Below are positions 1 to 8,954 of a DNA stretch of 19,285 nt, piece after piece. The first letter of the stretch is position 1. Each line of letters begins with the position of its first letter. A program made the translations under genes and the position numbers. The DNA comes from a virus (lineage: Duplodnaviria > Heunggongvirae > Uroviricota > Caudoviricetes), in IMG/VR virus record IMGVR_UViG_2639762844_000001, positions 1 to 19,285 of that record; one strand, written 5' to 3'. The notes below the pieces were generated by a model, which was given only the letters and a program-made list of their open reading frames with translations, was not told the origin of the DNA and ran no database searches.

Positions 1-1248
1 ATGGCACTGAATATTCCATTCAGAAATGCGTACTATCGTTTTGCATCCAGTTACTCATTTCTCTTTTTTATTTCCTGGTCGCTGTGGTGGTCGTTATACG
101 CTATTTGGCTGAAAGGACATCTAGGGTTGACAGGGACGGAATTAGGTACACTTTATTCGGTCAACCAGTTTACCAGCATTCTATTTATGATGTTCTACGG
201 CATCGTTCAGGATAAACTCGGTCTGAAGAAACCGCTCATCTGGTGTATGAGTTTCATCCTGGTCTTGACCGGACCGTTTATGATTTACGTTTATGAACCG
301 TTACTGCAAAGCAATTTTTCTGTAGGTCTAATTCTGGGGGCGCTATTTTTTGGCTTGGGGTATCTGGCGGGATGCGGTTTGCTTGATAGCTTCACCGAAA
401 AAATGGCGCGAAATTTTCATTTCGAATATGGAACAGCGCGCGCCTGGGGATCTTTTGGCTATGCTATTGGCGCGTTCTTTGCCGGCATATTTTTTAGTAT
501 CAGTCCCCATATCAACTTCTGGTTGGTCTCGCTATTTGGCGCTGTATTTATGATGATCAACATGCGTTTTAAAGATAAGGATCACCAGTGCGTAGCGGCA
601 GATGCGGGAGGGGTAAAAAAAGAGGATTTTATCGCAGTTTTCAAGGATCGAAACTTCTGGGTTTTCGTCATATTTATTGTGGGGACGTGGTCTTTCTATA
701 ACATTTTTGATCAACAACTTTTTCCTGTCTTTTATGCAGGTTTATTCGAATCACACGATGTAGGAACGCGCCTGTATGGTTATCTCAACTCATTCCAGGT
801 GGTACTCGAAGCGCTGTGCATGGCGATTATTCCTTTCTTTGTGAATCGGGTAGGGCCAAAAAATGCATTACTTATCGGAGTTGTGATTATGGCGTTGCGT
901 ATCCTTTCCTGCGCGCTGTTCGTTAACCCCTGGATTATTTCATTAGTGAAGTTGTTACATGCCATTGAGGTTCCACTTTGTGTCATATCCGTCTTCAAAT
1001 ACAGCGTGGCAAACTTTGATAAGCGCCTGTCGTCGACGATCTTTCTGATTGGTTTTCAAATTGCCAGTTCGCTTGGGATTGTGCTGCTTTCAACGCCGAC
1101 TGGGATACTCTTTGACCACGCAGGCTACCAGACAGTTTTCTTCGCAATTTCGGGTATTGTCTGCCTGATGTTGCTATTTGGCATTTTCTTCTTGAGTAAA
1201 AAACGCGAGCAAATAGTTATGGAAACGCCTGTACCTTCAGCAATATAG
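1..1248 (+). CDS. cscB: Sucrose:H+ symporter, LacY-family oligosaccharide permease (415 aa)
   Basis: Full-length ORF with multi-helix hydrophobic profile; sequence recognised from memory as E. coli sucrose permease CscB (MALNIPFRNAYYRF...). Stop TAG at 1246-1248. In csc operons cscB is the last gene of cscKB, so the locus ends here. Confidence 0.9.
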   Translation: MALNIPFRNAYYRFASSYSFLFFISWSLWWSLYAIWLKGHLGLTGTELGTLYSVNQFTSILFMMFYGIVQDKLGLKKPLIWCMSFILVLTGPFMIYVYEPLLQSNFSVGLILGALFFGLGYLAGCGLLDSFTEKMARNFHFEYGTARAWGSFGYAIGAFFAGIFFSISPHINFWLVSLFGAVFMMINMRFKDKDHQCVAADAGGVKKEDFIAVFKDRNFWVFVIFIVGTWSFYNIFDQQLFPVFYAGLFESHDVGTRLYGYLNSFQVVLEALCMAIIPFFVNRVGPKNALLIGVVIMALRILSCALFVNPWIISLVKLLHAIEVPLCVISVFKYSVANFDKRLSSTIFLIGFQIASSLGIVLLSTPTGILFDHAGYQTVFFAISGIVCLMLLFGIFFLSKKREQIVMETPVPSAI

Positions 1249-1257
1249 ACGTAAACT

Positions 1258-1301
1258 TTTTCCGGTTGTTGTCGATAGCTCTATATCCCTCAACCGGAAA
1301 A
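1258..1301. repeat. Perfect 11-bp inverted repeat (TTTTCCGGTTG / CAACCGGAAAA) with 22-nt spacer, 10 nt after the cscB stop
   Basis: Read directly: arms 1258-1268 and 1291-1301 are exact reverse complements. Loop is too long for a canonical intrinsic terminator; could be a protein-binding palindrome or structured 3' end. Confidence 0.4.
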
Positions 1302-1689
1302 TAATAATAGTAAAATGCTTAGCCCTGCTAATAATCGCCTAATCCAAACGCCTCATTCATGTTCTGGTACAGTCGCTCAAATGTACTTCAGATGCGCGGT
1401 TCGCTGATTTCCAGGACATTGTCGTCATTCAGTGACCTGTCCCGTGTATCACGGTCCTGCGAATTCATCAAGGAATGCATTGCGGAGTGAAGTATCGAGT
1501 CACGCCATATTTCGCTATCAGGATTCTGTGTGATGGTTACATCGCCCGGCCCAGGGCTGTTTAGTCATCAGCGCTTTCTGACAGTGCTGAGATTTCAACC
1601 TGTTGCAGTAAAAATGAGTAGATATAAGGCAAGTGTGCTGCCAAACCCATCTTTTACGGGGTGAAGGTAGATTTCGTTTGAAGGGTATC

Positions 1690-1704
1690 TGGTGTCCCCT
1701 GCAG
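1690..1704 (-). other. Prophage att core: 15-bp copy of the argW 3' end (CTGCAGGGGACACCA on the minus strand)
   Basis: TGGTGTCCCCTGCAG at 1690-1704 is the reverse complement of the 3' terminus of tRNA-Arg(CCU) argW as I recall it; identity stops after 15 nt, as expected for a duplicated att core rather than a tRNA gene. Lies 73 bp from the torI stop. Confidence 0.6.
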
Positions 1705-1777
1705 ACATCTACTTGGCGCGGCAGGGGATTGATTGGAATGGTTTTTTTTAGATGTGAAAAATATTTTACCCGCTATT

Positions 1778-1978
1778 TTACCCATTGGCGCGGCTTAAGA
1801 GCTTATTTTTGAATTCACAATGGTCACGATATAACCATCTTGCTCGCCCGTGGATAACTTTGGCTTTTGGCAGGTCGCCGGACTTAATCCGGTCATAGAT
1901 GAAGGTCTTACCGAAGCCAGTATCAGCCATGATGAATTTCAAATCAACCAGTGAATCAGGTTGTAGTTCGTGTTGCAT
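1778..1978 (-). CDS. torI: AlpA/Xis-family recombination directionality factor (excisionase), 66 aa
   Basis: 66-aa ORF MQHELQPDSLVDLKFIMADTGFGKTFIYDRIKSGDLPKAKVIHGRARWLYRDH... recognised from memory as TorI, the KplE1 excisionase; AlpA-type winged-helix pattern; adjacent to the att core at the int-distal end as in K-12. Confidence 0.8.
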   Translation of the reverse strand: MQHELQPDSLVDLKFIMADTGFGKTFIYDRIKSGDLPKAKVIHGRARWLYRDHCEFKNKLLSRANG

Positions 1979-2102
1979 GAGTGCTATCTCCGAATATGGA
2001 ATCGAACCTGCAAATCAGGCAATAAAAAGCCGCATTGATGCAGCAATGGTAGGTCTGGATATCTTGAGAAATGAACAGGCCTCATCGAGTGTGAGACTGT
2101 GG

Positions 2103-2447
2103 TTAGTCCTTGCGTAGCTCGCTGATTCTTCTGTAAGTCTCTGGTGCTTTGTTTCCGTGTATCTTCATTTCAGACTTCAACAGAGCAACGAGAGAATCCC
2201 ATTCGTTGAGGATGCCTTTGAATGCCGGAACGCGCTTTGCAACCTTGTCGAATGAATCTCTGATTTCTGGAATCTGCTCAACAAGTGCAACGCATCGCCG
2301 GAAATCGGCTGCGTCATGTGGAGCACCGAAGCTATGACCATAGATATTCTTTTTCAGTCCACATGCGATTGAGGCAAGAGTTGCGCTACTGATGCCGACA
2401 TCGCCAGTCGATTGCCATTTCAAAACCTTCATAGCCAAATCTGACAT
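2103..2447 (-). CDS. Hypothetical prophage protein, 114 aa, function unknown
   Basis: Clean ORF co-oriented with torI and the lambda-like early genes, typical GC content; no family recognised from sequence (MSDLAMKVLKWQSTGDVGISSATLASIACGLKK...). Confidence 0.55.
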   Translation of the reverse strand: MSDLAMKVLKWQSTGDVGISSATLASIACGLKKNIYGHSFGAPHDAADFRRCVALVEQIPEIRDSFDKVAKRVPAFKGILNEWDSLVALLKSEMKIHGNKAPETYRRISELRKD

Positions 2448-2689
2448 TTCTTGTCTCCATAAAACAAAACTCGCCGTAGCGAGCTCAGATAAAAGAAATC
2501 CCCGTCAGTGCGAGGATGCTGTTCATTGCTGCTATACACTTTTTTGCTCTCAACGTAAGCGGTAGCCCATTCTGTTGGGTTGGTGCAGTTGCTTTTAGGA
2601 AATGCTATTTACCCCTTAAACGTCGGCTGAAAGAGCTAAAATCCATGCAAAAAATTTACGCAATTTTGTGTATTATTGTGCAGTAAGTA

Positions 2690-3292
2690 ATGAGCTATTT
2701 TCTGCGCAAAAAATGGATGGTAAATTTGTCCGGGGCAGGAAAAATTTTATGGGCGCTAAACATGAAAAAAGATTCGTATCCTTATTTGATTTGCATGACA
2801 GTTTCAGGGCTGATCTTTATTTTCCTTTTCTTCTGGTGGCGGGAAGATATCTACAGGGTCACGTTTCTTAATCAGAGTATATCCCACTATTACATTCTGT
2901 TTAGCATGGGAATAGCTTTTCTGTTATCTCTGTTTTGGGTTAAGAAGGGGATAGTAAAACAAAGCGGCTGGAAGAGTCTGTCAGCATACCTTAAGGTTTA
3001 TGCAGGGATGTGCATATTTTCTGGATTTTTTCTGATTATACCCCTTACAACACTAACTTATTTTTTGCCTGGAGAGACATCGTCTTATGTTGCACCGTAT
3101 CGGTATACTTCCGGTAGTTCAAAAAGTTGTTCTGGAGCTGAGGTGGATGACCCCGATCTACATGAGAATATTCGCATTTGCTATCCGTATGGCAATTATG
3201 AGTACGATAATATTATCTATGTTGAAAAGAAAATTAATACATTAGGTGCGGTAGTGACATATGCACAGACCGCGCGTGATGATACTGAATGA
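2690..3292 (+). CDS. AT-rich moron: predicted membrane protein (about 3 TM helices plus Cys/Tyr-rich C-terminal domain), function unknown
   Basis: Only plus-strand gene inside a minus-strand early operon; about 39 percent GC against about 50-55 percent for flanking genes; hydrophobic segments LICMTVSGLIFIFLFFWW, YYILFSMGIAFLLSLFWV, VYAGMCIFSGFFLIIPLTTLTYFL; hairpin terminator just downstream. Start uncertain (ATG 2690, alternative ATG 2762; neither has a strong SD). Confidence 0.6.
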   Translation: MSYFLRKKWMVNLSGAGKILWALNMKKDSYPYLICMTVSGLIFIFLFFWWREDIYRVTFLNQSISHYYILFSMGIAFLLSLFWVKKGIVKQSGWKSLSAYLKVYAGMCIFSGFFLIIPLTTLTYFLPGETSSYVAPYRYTSGSSKSCSGAEVDDPDLHENIRICYPYGNYEYDNIIYVEKKINTLGAVVTYAQTARDDTE

Positions 3293-3326
3293 GATAGTAT
3301 ATAGCGGGCAAGTTTTAGTTAATTTA

Positions 3327-3350
3327 TCGAGGTAATATAATTTACCTCGA
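3327..3350 (+). terminator. Hairpin (9-bp stem TCGAGGTAA / TTACCTCGA, 6-nt loop TATAAT) downstream of the moron gene
   Basis: Read directly; followed by a T-rich stretch (CTCGTTTATT). Sits in the gap between the convergent moron and orf73 genes, so it may act in both directions. Confidence 0.45.
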
Positions 3351-3502
3351 CTCGTTTATTCTGGTATTAATATTTCGCTTTACGATCGATTTTTATCTGA
3401 TGATATCATGCGGTTTTCATATACTGACTTACTGTCTTTTCTCCGTTAGCGATTTTCTCATGCTCAGCGATGATTTTATCTTTGGCTTCTAGTTAATTTC
3501 GC

Positions 3503-3724
3503 TCACTTCGAACCTCTCTGTTTACTGATAAGTTCCAGATCCTCCTGGCAACTTGCACAAGTCCGACAACCCTGAACGGCCAGGCGTCTTCGTTCATCTA
3601 TCGGATCGCCACACTCACAACAATGAGTGGCAGATATAGCCTGGTGGTTCAGGCGGCGCATTTTTATTGCTGTGTTGCGCTGTAATTCTTCTATTTCTGA
3701 TGCTGAATCAATGATGTCTGCCAT
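3503..3724 (-). CDS. TraR/DksA-family C4 zinc-finger protein (lambda Orf73-like), 73 aa
   Basis: CxxC...17...CxxC pattern (CCECGDPIDERRRLAVQGCRTCASC) and length typical of phage TraR homologues that bind RNA polymerase. Confidence 0.8.
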   Translation of the reverse strand: MADIIDSASEIEELQRNTAIKMRRLNHQAISATHCCECGDPIDERRRLAVQGCRTCASCQEDLELISKQRGSK

Positions 3725-3822
3725 CTTTCATTAATCCCTGAACTGTTGGTTAATACGCTTGAGGGTGAATGCGAACAATAAAAAAGGAGCCTGTAGCTCC
3801 CTGATAATTTTGCTTTTCATGT

Positions 3823-4038
3823 TCATCGTTCCTTAAAGACGCCGTTTAACATGCCGATCGCCAGGCTTAAATGAGTTGGTGTGAATCCCATCAGCGTTAC
3901 CGTTTCGCGGTGCTTCTTCAGTACGCTACGGCAAATGTCATCGACGTTTTTATCCGGAAAATGCTGTCTGGCTTTTTTGATTTCAGAATTAGCCTGACGG
4001 GCAATGCTGCGAAGGGCGTTTTCTTGCTGAGGTGTCAT
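3823..4038 (-). CDS. Small lambda-like early-left protein, function unknown (ORF extends to 4104; start placed at internal Met MTPQQ...)
   Basis: ORF in the same operon orientation, in the position of the small lambda b-region ORFs; exact lambda counterpart not recognised. Start codon choice is uncertain. Confidence 0.45.
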   Translation of the reverse strand: MTPQQENALRSIARQANSEIKKARQHFPDKNVDDICRSVLKKHRETVTLMGFTPTHLSLAIGMLNGVFKER

Positions 4039-4114
4039 TGAACAAGCCCCATGTCGGCAAGCATAAGCACACAGAATATGAAGCCCGCTGCCAGAAAAAT
4101 GCATTCAGTGGTTG

Positions 4115-4306
4115 TCATACCTGGTCTCTCTCATCTGCTTCTGCTTTCGCCACCATCATTTCCAGCTTTTGTGAAAGGGATGTGGCTAACGTATGAAATT
4201 CTTCGTCTGTTTCTACTGGTATTGGCACAAACCTGACTCCAATTTGAGCAAGGCTATGTGCCATCTCAATACTCGTTCTTAACTCAACAGGAGATGCTTT
4301 GTGCAT
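4115..4306 (-). CDS. Lambda orf63-like small protein (63 aa)
   Basis: Length and position, overlapping orf60a upstream of exo, match lambda orf63; collinearity with lambda holds at a constant offset from here through ea10. Confidence 0.6.
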   Translation of the reverse strand: MHKASPVELRTSIEMAHSLAQIGVRFVPIPVETDEEFHTLATSLSQKLEMMVAKAEADERDQV

Positions 4307-4461
4307 ACCGCCTCCCGTTTATTATTTATCTTCTCAGCCAGCCGCTGTGCTTTCAGGGGATTTCTGATAACAGAAAGGCCGGGAAATACCCAGCCTCGCT
4401 TTGTAACGGAGTAGACGAAAGTGATCGCGCCTACCCGGATATTATCGTGAGGATGCGTCAT
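4279..4461 (-). CDS. Lambda orf60a-like small protein (60 aa from MTHPHD...)
   Basis: Internal Met gives exactly 60 aa, ending 4 nt inside exo; matches the lambda arrangement. Confidence 0.55.
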   Translation of the reverse strand: MTHPHDNIRVGAITFVYSVTKRGWVFPGLSVIRNPLKAQRLAEKINNKREAVCTKHLLLS

Positions 4462-5138
4462 CGCCATTGCTCCCCAAATACAAAACCAATTTCAGCCAGT
4501 GCCTCGTCCATTTTTTCGATGAACTCCGGCACCATCTCGTCAAAACTCGCCATGTACTTTTCATTCCGCTCAATCACGACATAATGCAGGCCTTCACGCT
4601 TCATGCGCGGGTCATAGTTGGCAAAGTACCAGGCATCTTTTCGCGTCACCCACATGCTGTACTGCACCTGGGCCATGTAAGCCGATTTTATTGCCTCGAA
4701 ACCACCGAGCCGGAATTTCATGAAATCCCGGGAGGTAAACGGGCATTTCAGTTCAAGGCCGTTGCCGTCACTGCATAAACCATCGGGAGAGCAGGCGGTG
4801 CGCATACTTTCGTCGCGATAGATGATCGGGGATTCAGTAATATTCACGCCGGAAGTGAATTCAAACAGGGTTCTGGCGTCGTTCTCGTACTGTTTTCCCC
4901 AGGCCAGCGCCTTAGCATTAACTTCCGGAGCCACACCGGTGCAAACCTCAGCCAGCAGGGTGTGGAAGTAGGATATTTTCATGTCAGGCCACTTCTTTCC
5001 TGAGCGGGGCTTTGCTATCACGTTGTGAACTTCTGAAGCGGTGATGACGCCGAGCCGTAATTTGTGCCATGCATCATCCCCCTGTTCGACAGCTCTCACG
5101 TCGATCCCGGTACGCTGCAGGATAATGTCCGGTATCAT
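4458..5138 (-). CDS. exo: Lambda exonuclease (Red alpha), 226 aa
   Basis: Near-identical to lambda Exo as recalled ([50 protein letters not shown]...); 4-nt overlap with bet as in lambda. Confidence 0.95.
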   Translation of the reverse strand: MIPDIILQRTGIDVRAVEQGDDAWHKLRLGVITASEVHNVIAKPRSGKKWPDMKISYFHTLLAEVCTGVAPEVNAKALAWGKQYENDARTLFEFTSGVNITESPIIYRDESMRTACSPDGLCSDGNGLELKCPFTSRDFMKFRLGGFEAIKSAYMAQVQYSMWVTRKDAWYFANYDPRMKREGLHYVVIERNEKYMASFDEMVPEFIEKMDEALAEIGFVFGEQWR

Positions 5139-5920
5139 GCTGCCACCTTCTGCTCAGTGGCTTTCTGTTTCAGGAATCCAAGAGCTTTCACTGCTTCGGC
5201 CTGTGTCAGTTCTGACGATGCGCGAATGTCGCGGCGAAATATCTGGGAACAGAGCGGCAATAAGTCGTCATCCCATGTTTTATCCAGGGCGATCAGCAGA
5301 GTGTTAATCTCCTGCATGGTTTCATCGTTAACCGGAGTGATGTCGCGTTCTGGCTGACGTTCTGCAGTGTATGCAGTATTTTCGACAATGCGCTCGGCTT
5401 CATCCTTGTCATAGATACCAGCAAATCCGAAGGCCAGACGGGCACACTGAATCATGGCTTTATGCCGTAACATCCGTTTGGGATGCGACTGCCACGGCCC
5501 CGTGATTTCTCTGCCTTCGCGGGTTTTGAATGGTTCGCGGCGGCATTCATCCATCCATTCGGTAACGCAGATCGGATGATTACGGTCCTTGCGGTAAATC
5601 CGGCATGTACAGGATTCATTGTCCTGTTCAAAGTCCATGCCATCAAACTGCTGGTTTTCATTGATGATGCGGGACCAGCCATCAACGCCCACCACCGGAA
5701 CAATGCCGTTCTGCTTATCAGGGAAGGCGTAAATTTCTTTCGTCCACGGATTAAGGCCGTACTGGTTGGCGACGATCAGCAATGCGATGAACTGCGCATC
5801 GCTGGCATCACCTTTAAATGCCGTCTGGCGAAGAGTGGTGATCAGTTCCTGTGGGTCGACAGAATCCATGCCGACACGTTCAGCCAGCTTCCCTGCCAGC
5901 GTTGCGAGTGCTGTACTCAT
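5135..5920 (-). CDS. bet: Lambda Bet single-strand annealing protein (Red beta), 261 aa
   Basis: Near-identical to lambda Bet as recalled ([66 protein letters not shown]...). Confidence 0.95.
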   Translation of the reverse strand: MSTALATLAGKLAERVGMDSVDPQELITTLRQTAFKGDASDAQFIALLIVANQYGLNPWTKEIYAFPDKQNGIVPVVGVDGWSRIINENQQFDGMDFEQDNESCTCRIYRKDRNHPICVTEWMDECRREPFKTREGREITGPWQSHPKRMLRHKAMIQCARLAFGFAGIYDKDEAERIVENTAYTAERQPERDITPVNDETMQEINTLLIALDKTWDDDLLPLCSQIFRRDIRASSELTQAEAVKALGFLKQKATEQKVAA

Positions 5921-5925
5921 CCGTT

Positions 5926-6342
5926 TTATACCTCTGAATCAATATCAACCTGGTGGTGAGCAATGGTTTCAACCATGTACCGGATGTGTTCTGCCATGCG
6001 CTCCTGAAACTCAACATCGTCATCAAACGCACGGGTAATGGCTTTTTTGCTGGCCCCGTGGCGTTGTAAATGATCGATGCAGAGTGATTCAAACAGGTGC
6101 TGGGGCAGACCTTTTTCCATGTCGTCTGCCAGTTCTGCCTCTTTCTCTTCACGGGCGATCTGCTGGTAGTGACGCGTCCAGCTCTGAGCCTCAAGACGAT
6201 CCTGAATGTAATAAGCGTTCATGGCTGAACTCCTGAAATAGCTGTGAAAATATCGCCCGCGAAATGCCGGGCTGATTAGGAAAACAGGAAAGGGGGTTAG
6301 TGAATGCTTTTGCTTGATCTCAGTTTCAGTATTAATATCCAT
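5926..6342 (-). CDS. gam: Lambda Gam, RecBCD inhibitor, 138 aa
   Basis: Near-identical to lambda Gam as recalled ([36 protein letters not shown]...). Confidence 0.95.
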   Translation of the reverse strand: MDINTETEIKQKHSLTPFPVFLISPAFRGRYFHSYFRSSAMNAYYIQDRLEAQSWTRHYQQIAREEKEAELADDMEKGLPQHLFESLCIDHLQRHGASKKAITRAFDDDVEFQERMAEHIRYMVETIAHHQVDIDSEV

Positions 6343-6440
6343 TTTTTATAAGCGTCGACGGCCTCACGAAACATCTTTTCATCGCCAATAAAAGTGGCGA
6401 TAGTGAATTTAGTCTGGATAGCCATAAGTGTTTGATCCAT
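6297..6440 (-). CDS. kil: Lambda Kil host-killing protein (FtsZ inhibitor), 47 aa
   Basis: [47 protein letters not shown]; overlaps gam by 46 nt and cIII by 32 nt, as in lambda. Confidence 0.85.
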   Translation of the reverse strand: MDQTLMAIQTKFTIATFIGDEKMFREAVDAYKKWILILKLRSSKSIH

Positions 6441-6573
6441 TCTTTGGGACTCCTGGCTGATTAAGTATGTCGATAAGGCGTTTCCATCCGTCACGTAATT
6501 TACGGGTGATTCGTTCAAGTAAAGATTCGGAAGGGCAGCCAGCAACAGGCCACCCTGCAATGGCATATTGCAT
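6409..6573 (-). CDS. cIII: Lambda CIII, FtsH (HflB) protease inhibitor, 54 aa
   Basis: [54 protein letters not shown] recognised as lambda CIII. Confidence 0.9.
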   Translation of the reverse strand: MQYAIAGWPVAGCPSESLLERITRKLRDGWKRLIDILNQPGVPKNGSNTYGYPD

Positions 6574-6645
6574 GGTGTGCTCCTTATTTATACATAACGA
6601 AAAACGCCTCGAGTGAAGCGTTATTGGTATGCGGTAAAACCGCAC

Positions 6646-7014
6646 TCAGGCGGCCTTGATAGTCATATCATCTGAATCAAATATTCCTGATGTATCGATA
6701 TCGGTAATTCTTATTCCTTCACTACCATCCATTGGAGGCCATCCTTCCTGACCATTTCCATCATCCCAGTCGAACTCACAAACAACACCATATGCATTTA
6801 AGTCTTTCGAAATTGCTATAAGCAGAGCATGTTGCGCCAGCATGATTAATACAGCATTTAATACAGAGCCGTGTTTATTGAGTCGGTATTCAGAGTCTGA
6901 CCAGAAATTATTAATCTGGTGAAGTTTTTCCTCTGTCATTACGTCATGGTCGATTTCAATTTCTATTGATGCTTTCCAGTCGTAATCAATGATGTATTTT
7001 TTGATGTTTGACAT
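6646..7014 (-). CDS. ea10: Lambda Ea10-like early protein (122 aa)
   Basis: Length and sequence match lambda ea10 as recalled; position between cIII and the ral-side region. Confidence 0.8.
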   Translation of the reverse strand: MSNIKKYIIDYDWKASIEIEIDHDVMTEEKLHQINNFWSDSEYRLNKHGSVLNAVLIMLAQHALLIAISKDLNAYGVVCEFDWDDGNGQEGWPPMDGSEGIRITDIDTSGIFDSDDMTIKAA

Positions 7015-7034
7015 CTGTTCATATCCTCATAGAT

Positions 7035-7060
7035 AAAAAATCGCCCTCACACTGGAGGGC
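7035..7060 (-). terminator. Intrinsic terminator on the leftward transcript (stem GCCCTC/GAGGGC, loop ACACTG, then U6), upstream of ea10; lambda tL2-like
   Basis: Read directly: 7043-7060 hairpin, A6 on the plus strand at 7035-7040 gives a U-tract on the minus-strand RNA. In lambda the equivalent terminators are overridden by N, which is absent here. Confidence 0.5.
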
Positions 7061-7226
7061 AAAGAAGATTTCCAATAATCAGAACAAGTCGGCTCCTGTT
7101 TAGTTACGAGCGACATTGCTCCGTGTATTCACTCGTTGGAATGAATACACAGTGTGAAGTGGTTTACTGAATTTGGCCACCTGAACAGAGGTGATATGCT
7201 CACCTCAGAACAACACAGGTGCCATA

Positions 7227-8374
<1,148 letters not shown>

Positions 8375-8404
8375 CTCGGTGGCCAGTTTTTGTTGACCAC
8401 TTCA

Positions 8405-8536
8405 ATCACTGCCGAGCTGGCGAACGGTCAGGTCTATGTACTGTCGTCTGCCTGGCTGCACGGCGAAGCGAACCATAATGCCGAAGAAGGCACGGTTGAT
8501 CTTGAGTTCCACGGTGAAGAAGGGGATTACCAGTAA
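8405..8536 (+). pseudogene. 3' fragment (last 43 codons) of a phage tail-tube-like gene truncated by IS911
   Basis: Open frame runs from the IS911 boundary (ITAELANGQVYVLSSAWLHGEANHNAEEGTVDLEFHGEEGDYQ*) with stop overlapping the next start (TAATG); no start codon, so it is a truncated remnant. Confidence 0.5.
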
Positions 8537-8805
8537 TGAAAGAGCTTGAGTTAAAGAAACCGATTATCGCTCATGGTGAGACACTCTCCGTACTGGAGTT
8601 TGATGAACCCACCGGGAAGGATGTCCGCGAGCTGGGGTATCCCTACCAGATGAATCAGGATGAGTCCGTCAGACTTCTGGCGCATGTGGTGTCGAAATAC
8701 ATTGTGCGGCTGGCGAAAGTGCCGCAAAGCTCTGTCGACCAGATGTCTCCGGCAGACCTGAATGCAGCGGCGTGGCTTGTGGCTGGTTTTTTCCTCCAGG
8801 CCTGA
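8536..8805 (+). CDS. Phage tail assembly chaperone (lambda G / Mu gp41 analogue), 89 aa
   Basis: Small acidic ORF directly upstream of the tape measure gene with a -1 overlapping extension frame; classic G/GT arrangement. Confidence 0.75.
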   Translation: MKELELKKPIIAHGETLSVLEFDEPTGKDVRELGYPYQMNQDESVRLLAHVVSKYIVRLAKVPQSSVDQMSPADLNAAAWLVAGFFLQA

Positions 8806-8954
8806 CGGCTGAATACCTCACTGATCGCTTCTTTGACTGCGCCAGCTACTGGCGCATTAATCCCTTCGAATTGCTGAATATGCCGATCAGTGAAATTCCC
8901 TTGCTGGTCAGTCAGGCAAACAGGATAGAGCAGGAGAAACGCACACATGGCTGA
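8536..8954 (+). CDS. Frameshift-extended tail assembly chaperone (G-T-like fusion, about 139 aa) via -1 slip
   Basis: The -1 frame is open from the slippery site to 8954 and ends overlapping the tape measure start (ATGGCTGA). Confidence 0.6.
8787..8793 (+). promoter_or_regulatory. -1 programmed frameshift slippery heptamer T TTT TTC in the tail chaperone gene
   Basis: Zero-frame codons GGT TTT TTC; the -1 frame gives ...W F F P P G L T... continuing 54 codons. Confidence 0.6.

Noticed and set aside
350-998. ORFs at 350-553 (+), 532-717 (-) and 780-998 (-) inside cscB
   Set aside because: Entirely inside the well-supported cscB frame; alternative-frame and antisense shadows.
1249-1689. Possible gene remnant in the 440-bp spacer between cscB and the prophage att core
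   Set aside because: A minus-strand frame reads like a protein C-terminus (...NDDNVLEISEPRI) but has no start and no ORF of 60 aa or more; cannot be supported as a gene without a database comparison.
1690-1704. tRNA gene at the prophage boundary
   Set aside because: Only the 15-nt 3'-terminal segment matches; no acceptor, D or anticodon arm sequence, so it is an att-site repeat and not a tRNA gene.
1899-2117. 72-aa plus-strand ORF overlapping the torI start
   Set aside because: Antisense to torI and its upstream region; no ribosome-binding site and no recognisable protein features.
2668-2871. 67-aa ORF overlapping the 5' end of the membrane-protein gene in another frame
   Set aside because: Alternative frame of the same region; the longer hydrophobic frame is the coherent one.
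4051-4778. Plus-strand ORFs at 4051-4236, 4258-4584 and 4467-4778
   Set aside because: Antisense to the lambda-collinear minus-strand genes orf63, orf60a and exo.
5041-6194. ORFs overlapping bet and gam in other frames (5041-5307, 5064-5357, 5452-5703, 5483-5959, 5766-6038, 5880-6194)
   Set aside because: Overlap near-identical lambda bet and gam; shadow ORFs.
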